From the IMG/VR virus record IMGVR_UViG_3300024505_000864: a DNA stretch of 64,000 nucleotides; one strand, written 5' to 3'. The stretch comes from an uncultured virus (IMG/VR IMGVR_UViG_3300024505_000864). Taxonomy: Duplodnaviria > Heunggongvirae > Uroviricota > Caudoviricetes. The position numbers and the translations under genes are program-made. The notes below the pieces were generated by a model. It did no database searches. It saw nothing but the letters and a program-made list of their open reading frames with translations, and was not told the DNA's origin. Positions 10,435 through 21,664 of this stretch are shown here, in pieces. Positions within the stretch are counted from its first letter, which is position 1; every line of letters begins with the position of its first letter.

Positions 10435-13103
10435 GCTTCAATCTCTTCGTATTTTACATAAGGGCAAGTTCTCCATTCAGACCATTTCATATCAGGATTT
10501 GGTGGACACAAATAACCACCCTGACCCATAGAAAACAACATAAAACGATACTGGATTTCTGGGTTGATACGATTTTCGTGTAATACAACTCTCATTTCAA
10601 TCATTTGTATCCGTTCTCCAATAGGTAATCCTCATCAAAATCCCTCAAATCAGGGTCATAAGGTTCTTTACTATCCATTTTAGCATAGAGTTTATTATTC
10701 ATCTCATACCACCGAACATTCAACAAATACCAAAATGTAGCAGAATATCCATCATAATAACACAACCCTTCTGTATCAGCAGAAAGTCCCCACAAGATAC
10801 TATCTTCTGGTGCTTCCATCCAATATTTCCAGTAGTCAAATATCATTTTTGTGAGTTTCATTAGAGTTTTTCCAAGTTTAGTTTAGTTTGAAGTAGTTGA
10901 ATGTCTTTTTCTAATCTTGAAAGATTTTCTTGTGTTTCAGGGTCGTTTTGATTGAGTTTTTTGAGTAAATCGGCAAACTCAAGTTGAGATTTTAGTTGTC
11001 CTTGTAAAAACTCAACTTGTTCTGGTGTAAGGTCAGTCATAGTTATTTCAATACCCCATCAACTTCTTTAAACAACTTATCTGTTTCTTCCATTCGTTGC
11101 TCAATACCATCATAAAGAACCCAGAGATTATCATAATAATTCTTCTCCCAATCTGGGTCAAGTTCTTTCAGTTCTTTGATATAATCATCAAGTGAGTTTG
11201 GTGGTTGAGCAAGATTACCAAAGAAAACAGCACAATCAAAAACATCATAAGGATATTTAAGTATCATTTTCCAGTGCCGATAATCTTTGAGAACCATTTT
11301 CCAACCTTCAAGTATTTGGTTCATTTCTGGTTCTCTTGAAGTTTCAGGTAATCATACTGTATTTTACATTCCTTTGGTTGTTCCATACAATACACAATAC
11401 CAGCATCCTTTCCTACACTCATACCATTATATCCACCGATATTGAAACCAAGAAAGAATATCACAGTAGCAATCGTTGGAATACCAAGTATAAAAGGAAT
11501 AATAAGTCCTGGTTCAATCATTTCACAAAAGCTCCAATAGCAGGAACATCACCACAAATCTCATTCACTCTTCCTACTGTTTGGTCTTTGAGTGCTTGAC
11601 GACACTCCAAGTTCTTATTGTATGTTTGTTGAAAGAGTGTTCGTTGTTGTTGGGCATCATAAGTGATAACACCAGCAGCAACGATCATAATAAAGAATAC
11701 AGACAAAACTGCCCAATCAATTCCATCAAAGTTTCTCATTCAATTCTCCATTAATAATGTCTTTAATGATATTATACTTGATTTTATCAATTTCTTCATC
11801 TACCCATTTCTTCGCATACTCATTCATACTTTTGAGTGAGGTTTCCCATTCTTCATCAGTCATCGTTCAGCAACCACAATAAAGTCATTCATAGAAATAT
11901 TCCTCTTACTTTTAGCAAGAATGCCTTGATTGGGAAAATAAGGAACTGCTACAAGATTATAGAATGGTCTCAACTGCTCATAGAGAGTATAAAGGTGTCC
12001 GTCTTTGTTGTATCGGTAGAGTTTCATTTTGCCCTCATAGCAGCAATTACAGCATTTCTTACGGTTTTTCCTTTTAGATGGTTCATACGAGACCCACCAT
12101 TCATAAACACCCAATCACTTTCACCATTCATTTTGAGATTGTGTGCTTGGAACTGATTGAGTAGAAACTCAAGGATTTCTGTGTCTGTTGGTTCAGTCAT
12201 TTCAAATACCTGCGTCAGCATCAATAGTGAATTCTGTTTTGTCTGTGATAATCTCTACACTCATTTCACCCATAATGTCGGCAATCACATTCCTCACATC
12301 CTCCCTTGACTTGTGAGTATATACTCCACTCCAATTAGAAGTCCGCAAAGACTGATTGATAGTATCAATAATAATTGCGAGTTCGTGTGCTGTGAGTTTC
12401 ATTTCAGTTCCTCAATAATGGATTTGATTTGTTTGAGATTATCATAAAGTTCTTTATTGAAGTCATAACATTCAGTCAAATGGTCTATGTTGTTGTCCTC
12501 ATAGTTAGTTTCCTCACGGATTTCCCAAGACAAACCATCCATATCTGCTGCGGTTTCTGTGAGAAAGTATTCAAGTGTTTCAAGTAAAGTCATTTTCTAA
12601 TCACAGCAATTACTTTACGATTTGGATACTTCTCTACAATTATATCACGAGCACTCTCATAATCAATAGCATCCTCTACGGTTTCATAATACACAGTTTT
12701 ATCTGCGTCATCCCAAGTTTGAACTTCGTAAGTCATTCTTCAATCTCCACATTTCCCCAACGATTGAGTGCCTCACGAATAGTGTTTCTAACTTCGGGAT
12801 AAAGATTGTAATACCCTCCAATCTCATCCCAGAGTTCATCAATTTGTTCGTCAGTTGGGTTAGACATTTCAGTTGTCCTCCATCAAACGAATGTAAAGTT
12901 CAAGTTCTCCTCGCATATCATAAAAATACGATTTTCCCCTATCAAGAATAAAAGTATCATAATCTTCTTGTGTGGGTTCCTCTTCCATTTCCATATCCTT
13001 CCAAACTTCCAAGAAATCTTCAACAGACATATGGTATTCCAGAGGAATGTATGCGATTTTGGGAATGATAGGATTAGTCATCGGTTTGGTTGCTTATGAG
13101 AGT

Positions 13104-13160
13104 ATTATACAACAAAAAAGAGCACCTGCGAAGTGCCCTTGTTCCAGTTCGTCAAGTGTC
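13104..13160 (-). promoter_or_regulatory. Early promoter module
   Basis: Dyad + 31 nt + TATAAT. Confidence 0.75.
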
Positions 13161-13757
13161 TTCTTCACCCACAATCTCTCGCAGGGTCAAAGTCCAAGTA
13201 TTCTACAACAGGTTCTCTACAATACTCACAAAGTCGTTTCCGTGCTTCTTCTAGAGTATCGTATCCACCATCAAAATAAACCTCATAGGCAAAGATATTA
13301 TACCAACAATACAAAAATTTCTCTTGTGGATAATACTTTGTAGTATCACCATAAGTTTCTTTTTTGATACGATACTTTTTCATCTGTTCTGGTAGAAAAT
13401 CTTCACGGATAAGACGGGGTTTTGGGAAGGTTGGTTTATTCATCATATCCCCATTTTCTTTATACATCAATAATCATAAAAATCATCAACTACATTACCA
13501 TCCTTATCATAAGCAGTTCCACAATAAGGTTCTATTGAATTCACAGGTTCTTCATAATCAGCAGAAACATCATAACGATAGATGTCGTCATAATTTCCAC
13601 CATACCCAACAGAGATTTTGCCACCATCAGTAAGTTCTCCAACATAAGTAAAAGTATATTTGTAGTATGTGGAAAACTTAACCTTCACATCACCATACTT
13701 TTCAATAAATTCTTTTTTGGTCATTTCAGGTAATCAGGTTTCTGTGTGTATGAAAGT

Positions 13758-13813
13758 ATTATAAGGCATCACAGACCACTCTGGATGCCTACTGTGCCAG
13801 TTCTTCAAGTGTC
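13758..13813 (-). promoter_or_regulatory. Early promoter module
   Basis: Dyad + 30 nt + TATAAT. Confidence 0.8.
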
Positions 13814-14771
13814 TCTGCTGTTACCCATTCGGCAGTTTTCCATTCACTCCACACATACTCATGTGGAGGTGGGCATAATGCTCCATTTGCATCAACTCTA
13901 AGCATATGATGACGATACTGAATATCTGGTTTCATTCCCAGTTCATTCTCAACGATACGAAGTTCAATCATTTTCCAAGTTCCTTTTGAATACGATACTC
14001 ACACCATTCTGTATGATTTTTAAGTTCTCCGTTGATTTGTGGGTCACTTATCTTACAATAAGAACAGCAGTAATAAGGATTACCACCACCAATAGGTTCT
14101 TTTGGATAATCGTTATAATACTCATTCATTACTTGTTGTGCTCTGTTTTTTCTACTCATAATGCCTCCACCTCATCAGCAATTTCACGCAAAATCTCAAT
14201 AGGGTCTTCAAGTTCTCCGCAATCCGTGCATAACCTATCAGCAACTTCATTGATTACACGGGCAATCAACTTCTGTCTATCTTTACTTTTAGGACGCATA
14301 GAGAGTTCCATCGTGCATTCCAAGATTTGCAGTGCTCTGGTAGTCATTTGTCTCTAATCATTTTGAACCATTTAGAAAACTCTTCCCAGTGCTTATTATT
14401 TACTTCTTCTTGGAGAATGGAAGCACGGTCATCTTGACTAATTATATCAAATGCTTGCCTAATTTCACACTTAATCAAATATCGGTGCATTTCAAGCATC
14501 TTATCAATTTGTTCGTCAGTCATCAAAGTTTCTCCTGTACCATTCAAGGTCTCGTGCTTTTGAGTCAATTATACTACAATCAAATTGAAATCGTTTGTAT
14601 CGTATAAAAAATCCAAGCAAATGACTAGAACCAATACTCAATGAAATTGCTGGAAAGATTTCATCGGAACCAAAATCATCCCACTGAACTGTAATATCAA
14701 GCAAAGCAAACTTGGAAGATTTGAGAACTTGGAAGAACCATTCCTTTCCATAGTCCTCGTAGGTTTCGTAA

Positions 14772-15224
14772 TCAAAGAGTTTCATCAATTCTCTCCATTT
14801 TAGCAAGTGGTTGGTCTCCCCATTTCATAGGGTCATCATAGCATACCTGCATCATTTCAGGCCATTTGCGTGGAGAATCTTCACTCTCAATCAAACCATC
14901 TTCCACTGCCTGCTCCCAAGCAAGTTTGTGCCGAATGACGCAATGAAGGTCACGAAGAACTCCATTGTTCTTGGGAAGGTCTGGATGCCCAACACCCAAA
15001 GAACTTCCATATCCATCAATCTGATCTACCATATGTTCAGAAAGAATCTTACCAATAGTGCGACAGTCTTCGTGAAGTTTGGTATAATCTGTGGGTTTTT
15101 TGAGAGGCAACCAATCTACAATTTCTTCCCATTGTCCCAACTGAACTCGTTGGAGAAGATCAGTAGCATATTGGAGTGCCCGTGCCTGTTCTTCTGTGAT
15201 GGTTAGAGTGTAGGTTTTAATCAT
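14772..15224 (-). CDS. Hypothetical protein
   Basis: 150 aa ORF coupled to its neighbours. Confidence 0.75.
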   Translation of the reverse strand: MIKTYTLTITEEQARALQYATDLLQRVQLGQWEEIVDWLPLKKPTDYTKLHEDCRTIGKILSEHMVDQIDGYGSSLGVGHPDLPKNNGVLRDLHCVIRHKLAWEQAVEDGLIESEDSPRKWPEMMQVCYDDPMKWGDQPLAKMERIDETL

Positions 15225-15629
15225 TCTTCCAAATTTATTTCAATAACTGAATATGGATTCTTATTATACCAACCATCAACTTCTTTGATTACATCTTCTC
15301 TAGTTTGATCACTTCCGTAATCTATTGCAGATTGAAAGTGATTCTCAATAGTTGCAAGATACTGTTCTTTACTCAGTTTATCTGCTTCTTCTTGTGCATT
15401 TTCTTTAATTTTGTATGCACGAATGGGAAAATATCCGTTATGTATTATAACATAAATTTTCATTATTAATCCTCCAAAGGAAACATAGCATCATATTCTT
15501 CATCAGTGAGTGTGAGAAACTCTACATTAGCATAGTAGTGCTCTTCAGCATACACTAACTGATAATGTGCAAAACTAGCAGGGTCAGTACTGCCATATTC
15601 CACCACACCATCAACCAAGCACAAGTAGT

Positions 15630-15785
15630 TCATTCTGCAAGTCCTACTGGGGGTTTGATATCGTTGAACTCATCATACAGCATCCTGGCAAAAAGGATAT
15701 GGGGTCTTGTGCCAGTTTCCAAACTGGTGCTGGTAGCAACAGTCCACATAATATCAAGTTCCTTTTTGTCAGGTAAAGTCTTCAT
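15630..15785 (-). CDS. Small hypothetical protein, paralogue of 5719-5877
   Basis: Manual translation MKTLPDKKELDIMWTVATSTSLETGTRPH... Confidence 0.7.
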   Translation of the reverse strand: MKTLPDKKELDIMWTVATSTSLETGTRPHILFARMLYDEFNDIKPPVGLAE

Positions 15786-16144
15786 CATTTATCCAAATCC
15801 CAATTCTTATCATTATCTTTTGACATCCAAAAAGTAAAATTAGTTCTAATTGGTTTCAGTAGATACATTTTTTCTTTCTCTTCCAACAATTCACATGATT
15901 GAAGACCTAGCATTTTCCTATCGAAAAAGTCAAAAGCTTCTTCAGTCTTGGGTTTCAAATAAACAAACTTTTTCTTAGTGTTCATAATGAGTAATAATTA
16001 AATTAATTTTGATTATTTTTAGGTATTGCAAGTAAAGTAGTTAATGGAATCCAAGCTGGTGGTTCATCTTTGAACTGAACTTGAACTTCAGTAATGACTT
16101 GATCTTGAAATTTATCAAATGATTGTCGAGTGTTTTTTACTACA

Positions 16145-16564
16145 TCAAATGGATTGTTCATTTTGTTTCGATCTTTTTACAATTTCGTAGTCTTGCAGAA
16201 TTCCATTCTTAAAGTGAAGTCTACATCTAGGCCAATCTTCCCATTCACCTTCCCATTTTTCAGGATATATCTCTACATATTTTGTAATGTACCATGGTTG
16301 AAACTTTCCACGTTGTCCTGTAGGAATCCATTCAAAATTTAGGAACAATTTATCAGAATGGTATCGTGGATCATCCTCGTTGATTTTTTCAAAGGTGTGT
16401 GTGCCAATATAGCTAGGATACCACAATTGACCGACTGGATCTAACCAGTAACCAGTCATTGTTCCACCGATACCATCTTCAATGTCTTTGGTTTGACATA
16501 CTACATTTGTAAAGGTTGGACCTAGATCATAAGATGATTTTAGGTAGTCAAACATTCCCATCAA
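16145..16564 (-). CDS. Hypothetical protein (MGMFD...QTKD family)
   Basis: ORF track. Confidence 0.75.
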   Translation of the reverse strand: MMGMFDYLKSSYDLGPTFTNVVCQTKDIEDGIGGTMTGYWLDPVGQLWYPSYIGTHTFEKINEDDPRYHSDKLFLNFEWIPTGQRGKFQPWYITKYVEIYPEKWEGEWEDWPRCRLHFKNGILQDYEIVKRSKQNEQSI

Positions 16565-16947
16565 TCTTCTCCCGAAAGTTCATCCGAGTATATATCACCA
16601 ATAAGATTATTAATTCTATCAAAGAAATCTTCATCTAATGGAATAACTTCTTCCTTGCCAGTTCTTACATCTTCTGCCATTTGCATCAGTTCTTCAAGAA
16701 ACTCTTTAGGATAAACATCATCCTCATTGAGTGATGCCCAGAACCAATCAATACATTCCCCCTCTGGGTCATCTTCTTTAAGTAAGGCATAACCCTTGTA
16801 ATTTGATGCCATTAAGTCAGACCAAATTCTGAATGTCATGCCCATACTTTGCCATCCAGTCATCCAACAATGACCAATCCAGTATTCCCACCAGTTTAAG
16901 GTGGTTTTGTTTTTTTCCGTTCCTCTTACTGGTGTACTATACATCAC
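16561..16947 (-). CDS. Trp-rich hypothetical protein
   Basis: ORF track, ATGA coupling. Confidence 0.75.
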   Translation of the reverse strand: MMYSTPVRGTEKNKTTLNWWEYWIGHCWMTGWQSMGMTFRIWSDLMASNYKGYALLKEDDPEGECIDWFWASLNEDDVYPKEFLEELMQMAEDVRTGKEEVIPLDEDFFDRINNLIGDIYSDELSGED

Positions 16948-17351
16948 TTATTCATTTGAAGTGTAGGAACAGGCATACCACCTTCGGTCGGAACGTAGAT
17001 AGTTACGTTACCTTTGTTGCTGCCTTCTTCCAAACCAGTGATATACAGATACTGAAGATACTCACGGTTGTCCTTTAGACTGTCACCGATGATTTGGTTT
17101 GCTTTAGCAACACCCTGAGCACGAATCACTTCTGCTTCAGCAAGTTGCTGTGCAGAATCTTTCTTTGCTTGTGCTTCTAGCACTGCTACCTGACGAGTAT
17201 ATTCTGCTTTCTGGAGTTCTGCTTTACCAGCAAGAGATTGCTGCCAGACATTATATTGGGGACCACCAATAAAGATGAGAGCACCGAGCAAAACTACACC
17301 ACCAACTACAACAACTGCAGCAGGATCAATAAAACCGTTTTGTTGTTTCAT
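16944..17351 (-). CDS. Membrane-anchored SPFH-like coiled-coil protein
   Basis: Paralogue of 7543-7941. Confidence 0.6.
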   Translation of the reverse strand: MKQQNGFIDPAAVVVVGGVVLLGALIFIGGPQYNVWQQSLAGKAELQKAEYTRQVAVLEAQAKKDSAQQLAEAEVIRAQGVAKANQIIGDSLKDNREYLQYLYITGLEEGSNKGNVTIYVPTEGGMPVPTLQMNK

Positions 17352-17622
17352 TTTTTCACCTCATTGTAAATTTTCATAGCAAGGTCCATTATACAATAAC
17401 CAAAGGCAAATCCTGCCATAATTTCAATCATTTAGAGGAACCTCCAGAGTTGTAAGTAATCATATTAGCAAGAAGGATAATCAAAAAGTTCTGCCAGAAT
17501 GTCAGTGAGACACTAAACCAAGACAGAATGATTCCAAGAATCCACGATTGGAAGAAGAGTCCTGCCGTAGCAAGAACAATAACAGCAAAGGCAGCAGCAA
17601 CAGTAGCAGAAGTTTTCATAAA

Positions 17623-18000
17623 TTAACCAGCAAGTGATCCAGAAGGAATTTCAGCAATAGTAGGCATACGATCACCAAATTCATGACAATCATAGCATAC
17701 CCACTCACCATTTACAAACAGGTAAGCATACTCTTCACCTTCTGCCAAATAATCATATTTGTTGGCATCTAGACGAGGAGGGCAAACTTCACCACGGGTA
17801 GAATAATATGCTGGTTTATTGTCTTCATCCCAACATGTGCTCATGTCACCACCATCAATCAGTTCAGAAACTTTATCACGAGTGTTGTAGTGAGTTTTTA
17901 GAATACGACCCAACCATTCAGGATAACCATCCCAATGATGATAAACAGAAAGCACTGAACCATTCTTGAGTTCAATGCCGATGCGAGCACGAGTAGACAT
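17623..18000 (-). CDS. Conserved phage hypothetical protein (MSTRARIG...YHHWDGYPEWLG)
   Basis: ORF track; recognised motif. Confidence 0.8.
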   Translation of the reverse strand: MSTRARIGIELKNGSVLSVYHHWDGYPEWLGRILKTHYNTRDKVSELIDGGDMSTCWDEDNKPAYYSTRGEVCPPRLDANKYDYLAEGEEYAYLFVNGEWVCYDCHEFGDRMPTIAEIPSGSLAG

Positions 18001-18162
18001 AATAAAAATCAGATTTCAGAGTCAACAAAATAGTCAGTTTCTACAACTGATTCTTCATCAAAAATATCATTCAAATCATCGTAAATATCAAAGTTATCGA
18101 GTTCTTCAATTTGAGTTTCGTCAAGAAAAATCCGAGTCATGCACCTCTTTGATTACCTAGTA

Positions 18163-18219
18163 ATCATAGCACGACTCGGACTGGGTGGGAGACTTCAGTG
18201 GACGGTTTCCTGACTGTCC
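18163..18219 (-). promoter_or_regulatory. Divergent early promoter module
   Basis: GGACAGTC-AGGA-AACCGTCCA + 30 nt + TATGAT. Confidence 0.65.
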
Positions 18220-18863
18220 TCTGGATTATTATTTCTTTGTATATCAATCCCTATTGCAATCGTAATTCTTTCTTTATCACTCTTTGATGCTCGAATGGAA
18301 TGATTTACTATGGCAGGAAATATTACTAAATCATCTTCTTCAACATCTATTGTAATATCATTCCACATCCAAAGATTATTTTCATTATTTCGATCAAATA
18401 ATTCTTTTTTTTTGGAATAATGTAAATCTAAAACTAATCCATAAGAAGATGGATTATGAAATACCGTTGAAGTATGCTCATTAGAATCAAATTTCAAATA
18501 ATGAACTCCAGCAAATACCAAAGGAAAATGGTTATGAGGAAACATACATTGTCCTTTGGTAGTTACCGTATAATTCTGTATATCAAAGTGCCAGTATATT
18601 TCATCAACAAATTCAAACTGTGTGATAAATTCTTTTACTGCAGAATGATATAATGGTATTAACTTAGAATAATCAATTTTCTTAAATTTTTCATTATTCC
18701 AGTCATTATATTCATGGTGCAAATTAGAACTAGAGTTCCATTCATTTCTTGATGGATCTATTGAATAATTATTAAGCATAGAAGAAATTAACTCTTCTTT
18801 ATTGAAATCTTGTGAATTTATTTTTGTTTTGTAGTAAGGAAATTTAAATAAAGAATTTAGCAT
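18195..18863 (-). CDS. 2OG-Fe(II) oxygenase-like protein
   Basis: HNH...GVHYLKF...EEDDLVIFP...H...RITIA. Confidence 0.8.
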   Translation of the reverse strand: MLNSLFKFPYYKTKINSQDFNKEELISSMLNNYSIDPSRNEWNSSSNLHHEYNDWNNEKFKKIDYSKLIPLYHSAVKEFITQFEFVDEIYWHFDIQNYTVTTKGQCMFPHNHFPLVFAGVHYLKFDSNEHTSTVFHNPSSYGLVLDLHYSKKKELFDRNNENNLWMWNDITIDVEEDDLVIFPAIVNHSIRASKSDKERITIAIGIDIQRNNNPEDSQETVH

Positions 18864-19013
18864 TTTAATCTTTTATATCCTCTTTCAAAAAGTTCATTAG
18901 ATCCATATTCTCTGATTCATTATATAAATGGATTAAAAATTCATAAAAAGACAAATTTTCAAATCTTTATAATGAATAATTTTAGTAATAGTAATTAACC
19001 GTATCTATACATT

Positions 19014-19255
19014 AAAAGGGGCATTGCACCCCTATGTAAGTTTTGGATTAGAAGGAAACTTATAACCCCCTCACTCATTTAAGGTCAAACCAATGCGGTC
19101 TGACGAGTGAATGCAACAATGTTGTTTGCGTTTGTTTTTTGTCCCGTCAACAGATAATACGTACATCCCAGTCGATTCTATTTTACCCCCATGTAGTGGA
19201 GGTAATCGGTACTGCCCCGATGTGTTGGAATATAGAGGTTTATCCTCTTGAACAC
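19014..19255 (-). ncRNA. ssrA: Circularly permuted (two-piece) tmRNA, tag ANNIVAFTRQTALV
   Basis: 3' acceptor strand TACCTCC-A (19204-19197) precedes 5' strand GGGGGTA (19190-19184); G3-U70 pair; tag frame 19129-19085; terminator 19014-19033. Confidence 0.9.
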
Positions 19256-19260
19256 TTTAT

Positions 19261-19289
19261 ATAGTAGCAAAGTATTTGATTTTTGTAAA
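19261..19289 (-). promoter_or_regulatory. sigma70-type promoter of tmRNA
   Basis: TTTACA-17 nt-TACTAT. Confidence 0.7.
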
Positions 19290-19290
19290 G

Positions 19291-19363
19291 TGGAAGCATC
19301 GAGTCTCGAACTCGAAACCTCTTGAATGCAAATCAAGTGCTCTGCCAATTGAGCTATGCCCCC
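19291..19363 (-). tRNA. tRNA-Ala(TGC)
   Basis: Cloverleaf, anticodon loop TT-TGC-AT. Confidence 0.95.
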
Positions 19364-19385
19364 TATAAGAAACTATTTAGTTTCA

Positions 19386-19466
19386 TGCTCAAGAGAGGAT
19401 TTGAACCTCCAAGTCTTGCGACGGCAGATTCTAAGTCTGCTGCGTATACCGTTCCGCCACTTGAGC
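19386..19466 (-). tRNA. tRNA-Leu(TAG)
   Basis: Cloverleaf with variable arm, CT-TAG-AA. Confidence 0.95.
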
Positions 19467-19499
19467 ATTTATTGATAATAAAACAATTGCTCTCAACTG

Positions 19500-20099
19500 T
19501 CAAATCTTTTCCCACAAAACATTAAGAGATTTGTCAAAAACCATTAGATAACGATGCTTTTTAGTTCTAGGTCTCCACTCACCTTCAATACCTTTTATAG
19601 ACCCTCTAGAATGTTTAATGTATGAACCATCATTCTTCTTAATCCAAAAGTCTTTTTTGGATTCTGTCATGCCATAGTATTGAAAATTGCAAGCTCTGTA
19701 TATAACTCCAGTGTGCTTACTAGAGTCAGCATAACTAAGAATAGCACGAACTGAGGCATCTTTTCTAAATCTCCGAATACAACGACTAACGAACCAAGAA
19801 GTAATATTATATTCTTGGTTTTGAATATCTGGATGAATACAAAGACGTGATAATTCGTAAATTCCTTGCTGTTGATTTCTTTCTAGTCCAAAAGCACCTA
19901 CGGCAATTTCTGGAACTGGGAGACCAGTAAAAATGCAAGCACCAACACACCTGATAGGGTCAGTGAATGATTTACTATATAATCCATAATTGAAACCTGA
20001 TTTAAAATCCTTGGATTCATCTTTTAGATAGTGATAGGTATAAAGAAGTTCTTTGATTTCTTCTTTACCTACTCTATCTATAAAAAAATCAGATTTCAT
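19500..20099 (-). CDS. Mom-like GNAT-fold DNA modification protein
   Basis: HYL...ELSRLC...SWFVSR...SYAD...HTGVIYRACNF. Confidence 0.8.
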   Translation of the reverse strand: MKSDFFIDRVGKEEIKELLYTYHYLKDESKDFKSGFNYGLYSKSFTDPIRCVGACIFTGLPVPEIAVGAFGLERNQQQGIYELSRLCIHPDIQNQEYNITSWFVSRCIRRFRKDASVRAILSYADSSKHTGVIYRACNFQYYGMTESKKDFWIKKNDGSYIKHSRGSIKGIEGEWRPRTKKHRYLMVFDKSLNVLWEKI

Positions 20100-20312
20100 T
20101 TAGGTATTTTTACTCACTTTGTTTGGATTCTAACATATATTCGACAGTATTTGCAACATCATTCATTGCATCACGAAGATTTGGACGTTGACCCGATTCT
20201 TGTTTTACAATAGGACGATGATCATCAGTAAGAGTCCATCTCCACTGATTCATTTCTTTACAGTACCAAAGATTAATTTTCATTTGATATTATTTGGAGT
20301 ATTATAACTCAG

Positions 20313-20386
20313 AGCCCCCGATAAGACTTGAACTTACGACCTGAGCTTTACAAAAACCCTGCTCTATCCAACTGAGCTACGGAGGC
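20313..20386 (-). tRNA. tRNA-Thr(TGT)
   Basis: Cloverleaf, TT-TGT-AA. Confidence 0.95.
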
Positions 20387-20390
20387 ATGA

Positions 20391-20870
20391 TTAAGAGTAT
20401 TTAGTAGCAATAGTAAACCGATGTTTATTACGAAATGAAGTTGCTCGATGTAATATATTTGCATCAAAACATACCATTCTATTTGGAATTGGTAAAATTC
20501 CAGTCATCTCATCCTCAATTACAAATTGTGTTTCTCCTCCATCATTAATATCCCATTCAAGATTTGAATAATATAAACAAGTGATTCCAGAATCTCCATC
20601 AGTATGAAAATAAGGATTTTCACCTGGAGAGAAACAATTAATATACATTCTATGTATTTCCAGATCTTTTACTTCTGGAACATATTGTCTAATTTTAGAA
20701 TCAAATAAGTTAAATATAAATTCTGTAGAATTTATTGGAGAAATCATTCCAGTGGGAGGTGTATTTTTTCTATCAGTTTCTCCATATTGATAGGAAGAAT
20801 TATGACAGTACTCTACTGTATTTTTAAAATCTTCTTCAGATAAGAAGTCATCTAAAATAATAATCATCAA
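20391..20870 (-). CDS. 2OG-Fe(II) oxygenase
   Basis: HTD...GGET...NRMVCFD...H...RFTIA. Confidence 0.85.
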   Translation of the reverse strand: MMIIILDDFLSEEDFKNTVEYCHNSSYQYGETDRKNTPPTGMISPINSTEFIFNLFDSKIRQYVPEVKDLEIHRMYINCFSPGENPYFHTDGDSGITCLYYSNLEWDINDGGETQFVIEDEMTGILPIPNRMVCFDANILHRATSFRNKHRFTIATKYS

Positions 20871-21142
20871 TCAACAGGTAATAATTCAGGATTAACTAAA
20901 TCTAATTCATACATGAGAGGATGACATTCTTCTACAGTTAGGTATACAGAGGCACGATATAATTCTTCATCACTATACCTATGACTTGATGATGCTTCTA
21001 AAACGATGTTTGGATCATTTTGCATAACATCTGGAAGTTCATCGAATGTATATGGCATATCTTGAATGAAGTACATTTTAACAATGAAATTTTCCTCAGT
21101 AGTATCAACCCACCTATAAGCAGTACTTAGAGTGTATTTCAT
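20867..21142 (-). CDS. Hypothetical protein
   Basis: ORF track. Confidence 0.7.
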   Translation of the reverse strand: MKYTLSTAYRWVDTTEENFIVKMYFIQDMPYTFDELPDVMQNDPNIVLEASSSHRYSDEELYRASVYLTVEECHPLMYELDLVNPELLPVD

Positions 21143-21150
21143 GTTACTGT

Positions 21151-21618
21151 TTAGTATTTCAAATATTTATTTTTTCCCCTATATGTTTCTGTTTGAGCAT
21201 GGCAGTTTGGGCATAAAATACGAAGATTTTCTAAACGATTATCCCGAGGATTTCCATTTATATGGTCTAATTCAATTGGTGTTAGTTTTCCTCTCCATTT
21301 TATTATACCACATTCTTCACATTTGTGTTCTTTTATTCCGTCTTTAATAAGACGATTTTTCAATTTATATGATTGATGATAAGAATTTTCAGTTAAGTAA
21401 TATTCAATTGGTTTTGTTGTATGCCTATGAGTTTTTCCTTTTAACCAACCTTTTCCAGTAAAATGAGAAGTATCAAGATTTAATTTTTTAATTTTTTCTT
21501 GTGCTACCTTATAATTTCCTCCTGCTTCTTTAAGTCCTATTTTTGAAAGAACTTGTCGAATACTTGTTGAGGTTTTTACTGCTTCAATAAATTCATCATT
21601 TGTATATCTTAAAGACAT
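21151..21618 (-). mobile_element. Free-standing HNH endonuclease
   Basis: CEECG...ELDHINGNPRDNRLENLRILCPNCH; upstream hairpin with CTAAATA in its loop. Confidence 0.9.
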
Positions 21619-21664
21619 ATATTTAAAAGGTAAACCTAATTTTATTTAGGAATTTACCTTTTAA

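Larger units (their letters stand above)
1..18140 (-). other. Hyperplastic early-gene array of many small (40-200 aa) hypothetical ORFs, many paralogous or duplicated
   Basis: Dense minus-strand ORFs joined by ATGA/TAATG overlaps, near-identical duplicated blocks, repeated promoter modules. Confidence 0.85.

Noticed and set aside
494..13813. GTGCCAGTTCTTCAAGTGTCC repeats as a CRISPR array or integron attC sites
   Set aside because: Copies are hundreds to thousands of bases apart with genes between, sit at a fixed distance from -10 boxes, and no cas or integrase gene is present.
19386..19466. tRNA with TAG anticodon as an amber suppressor, or genome-wide TAG recoding
   Set aside because: Anticodon TAG reads CUA (Leu); a suppressor would need CTA. 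Other genes use TAG as a normal stop and long genes are uninterrupted.
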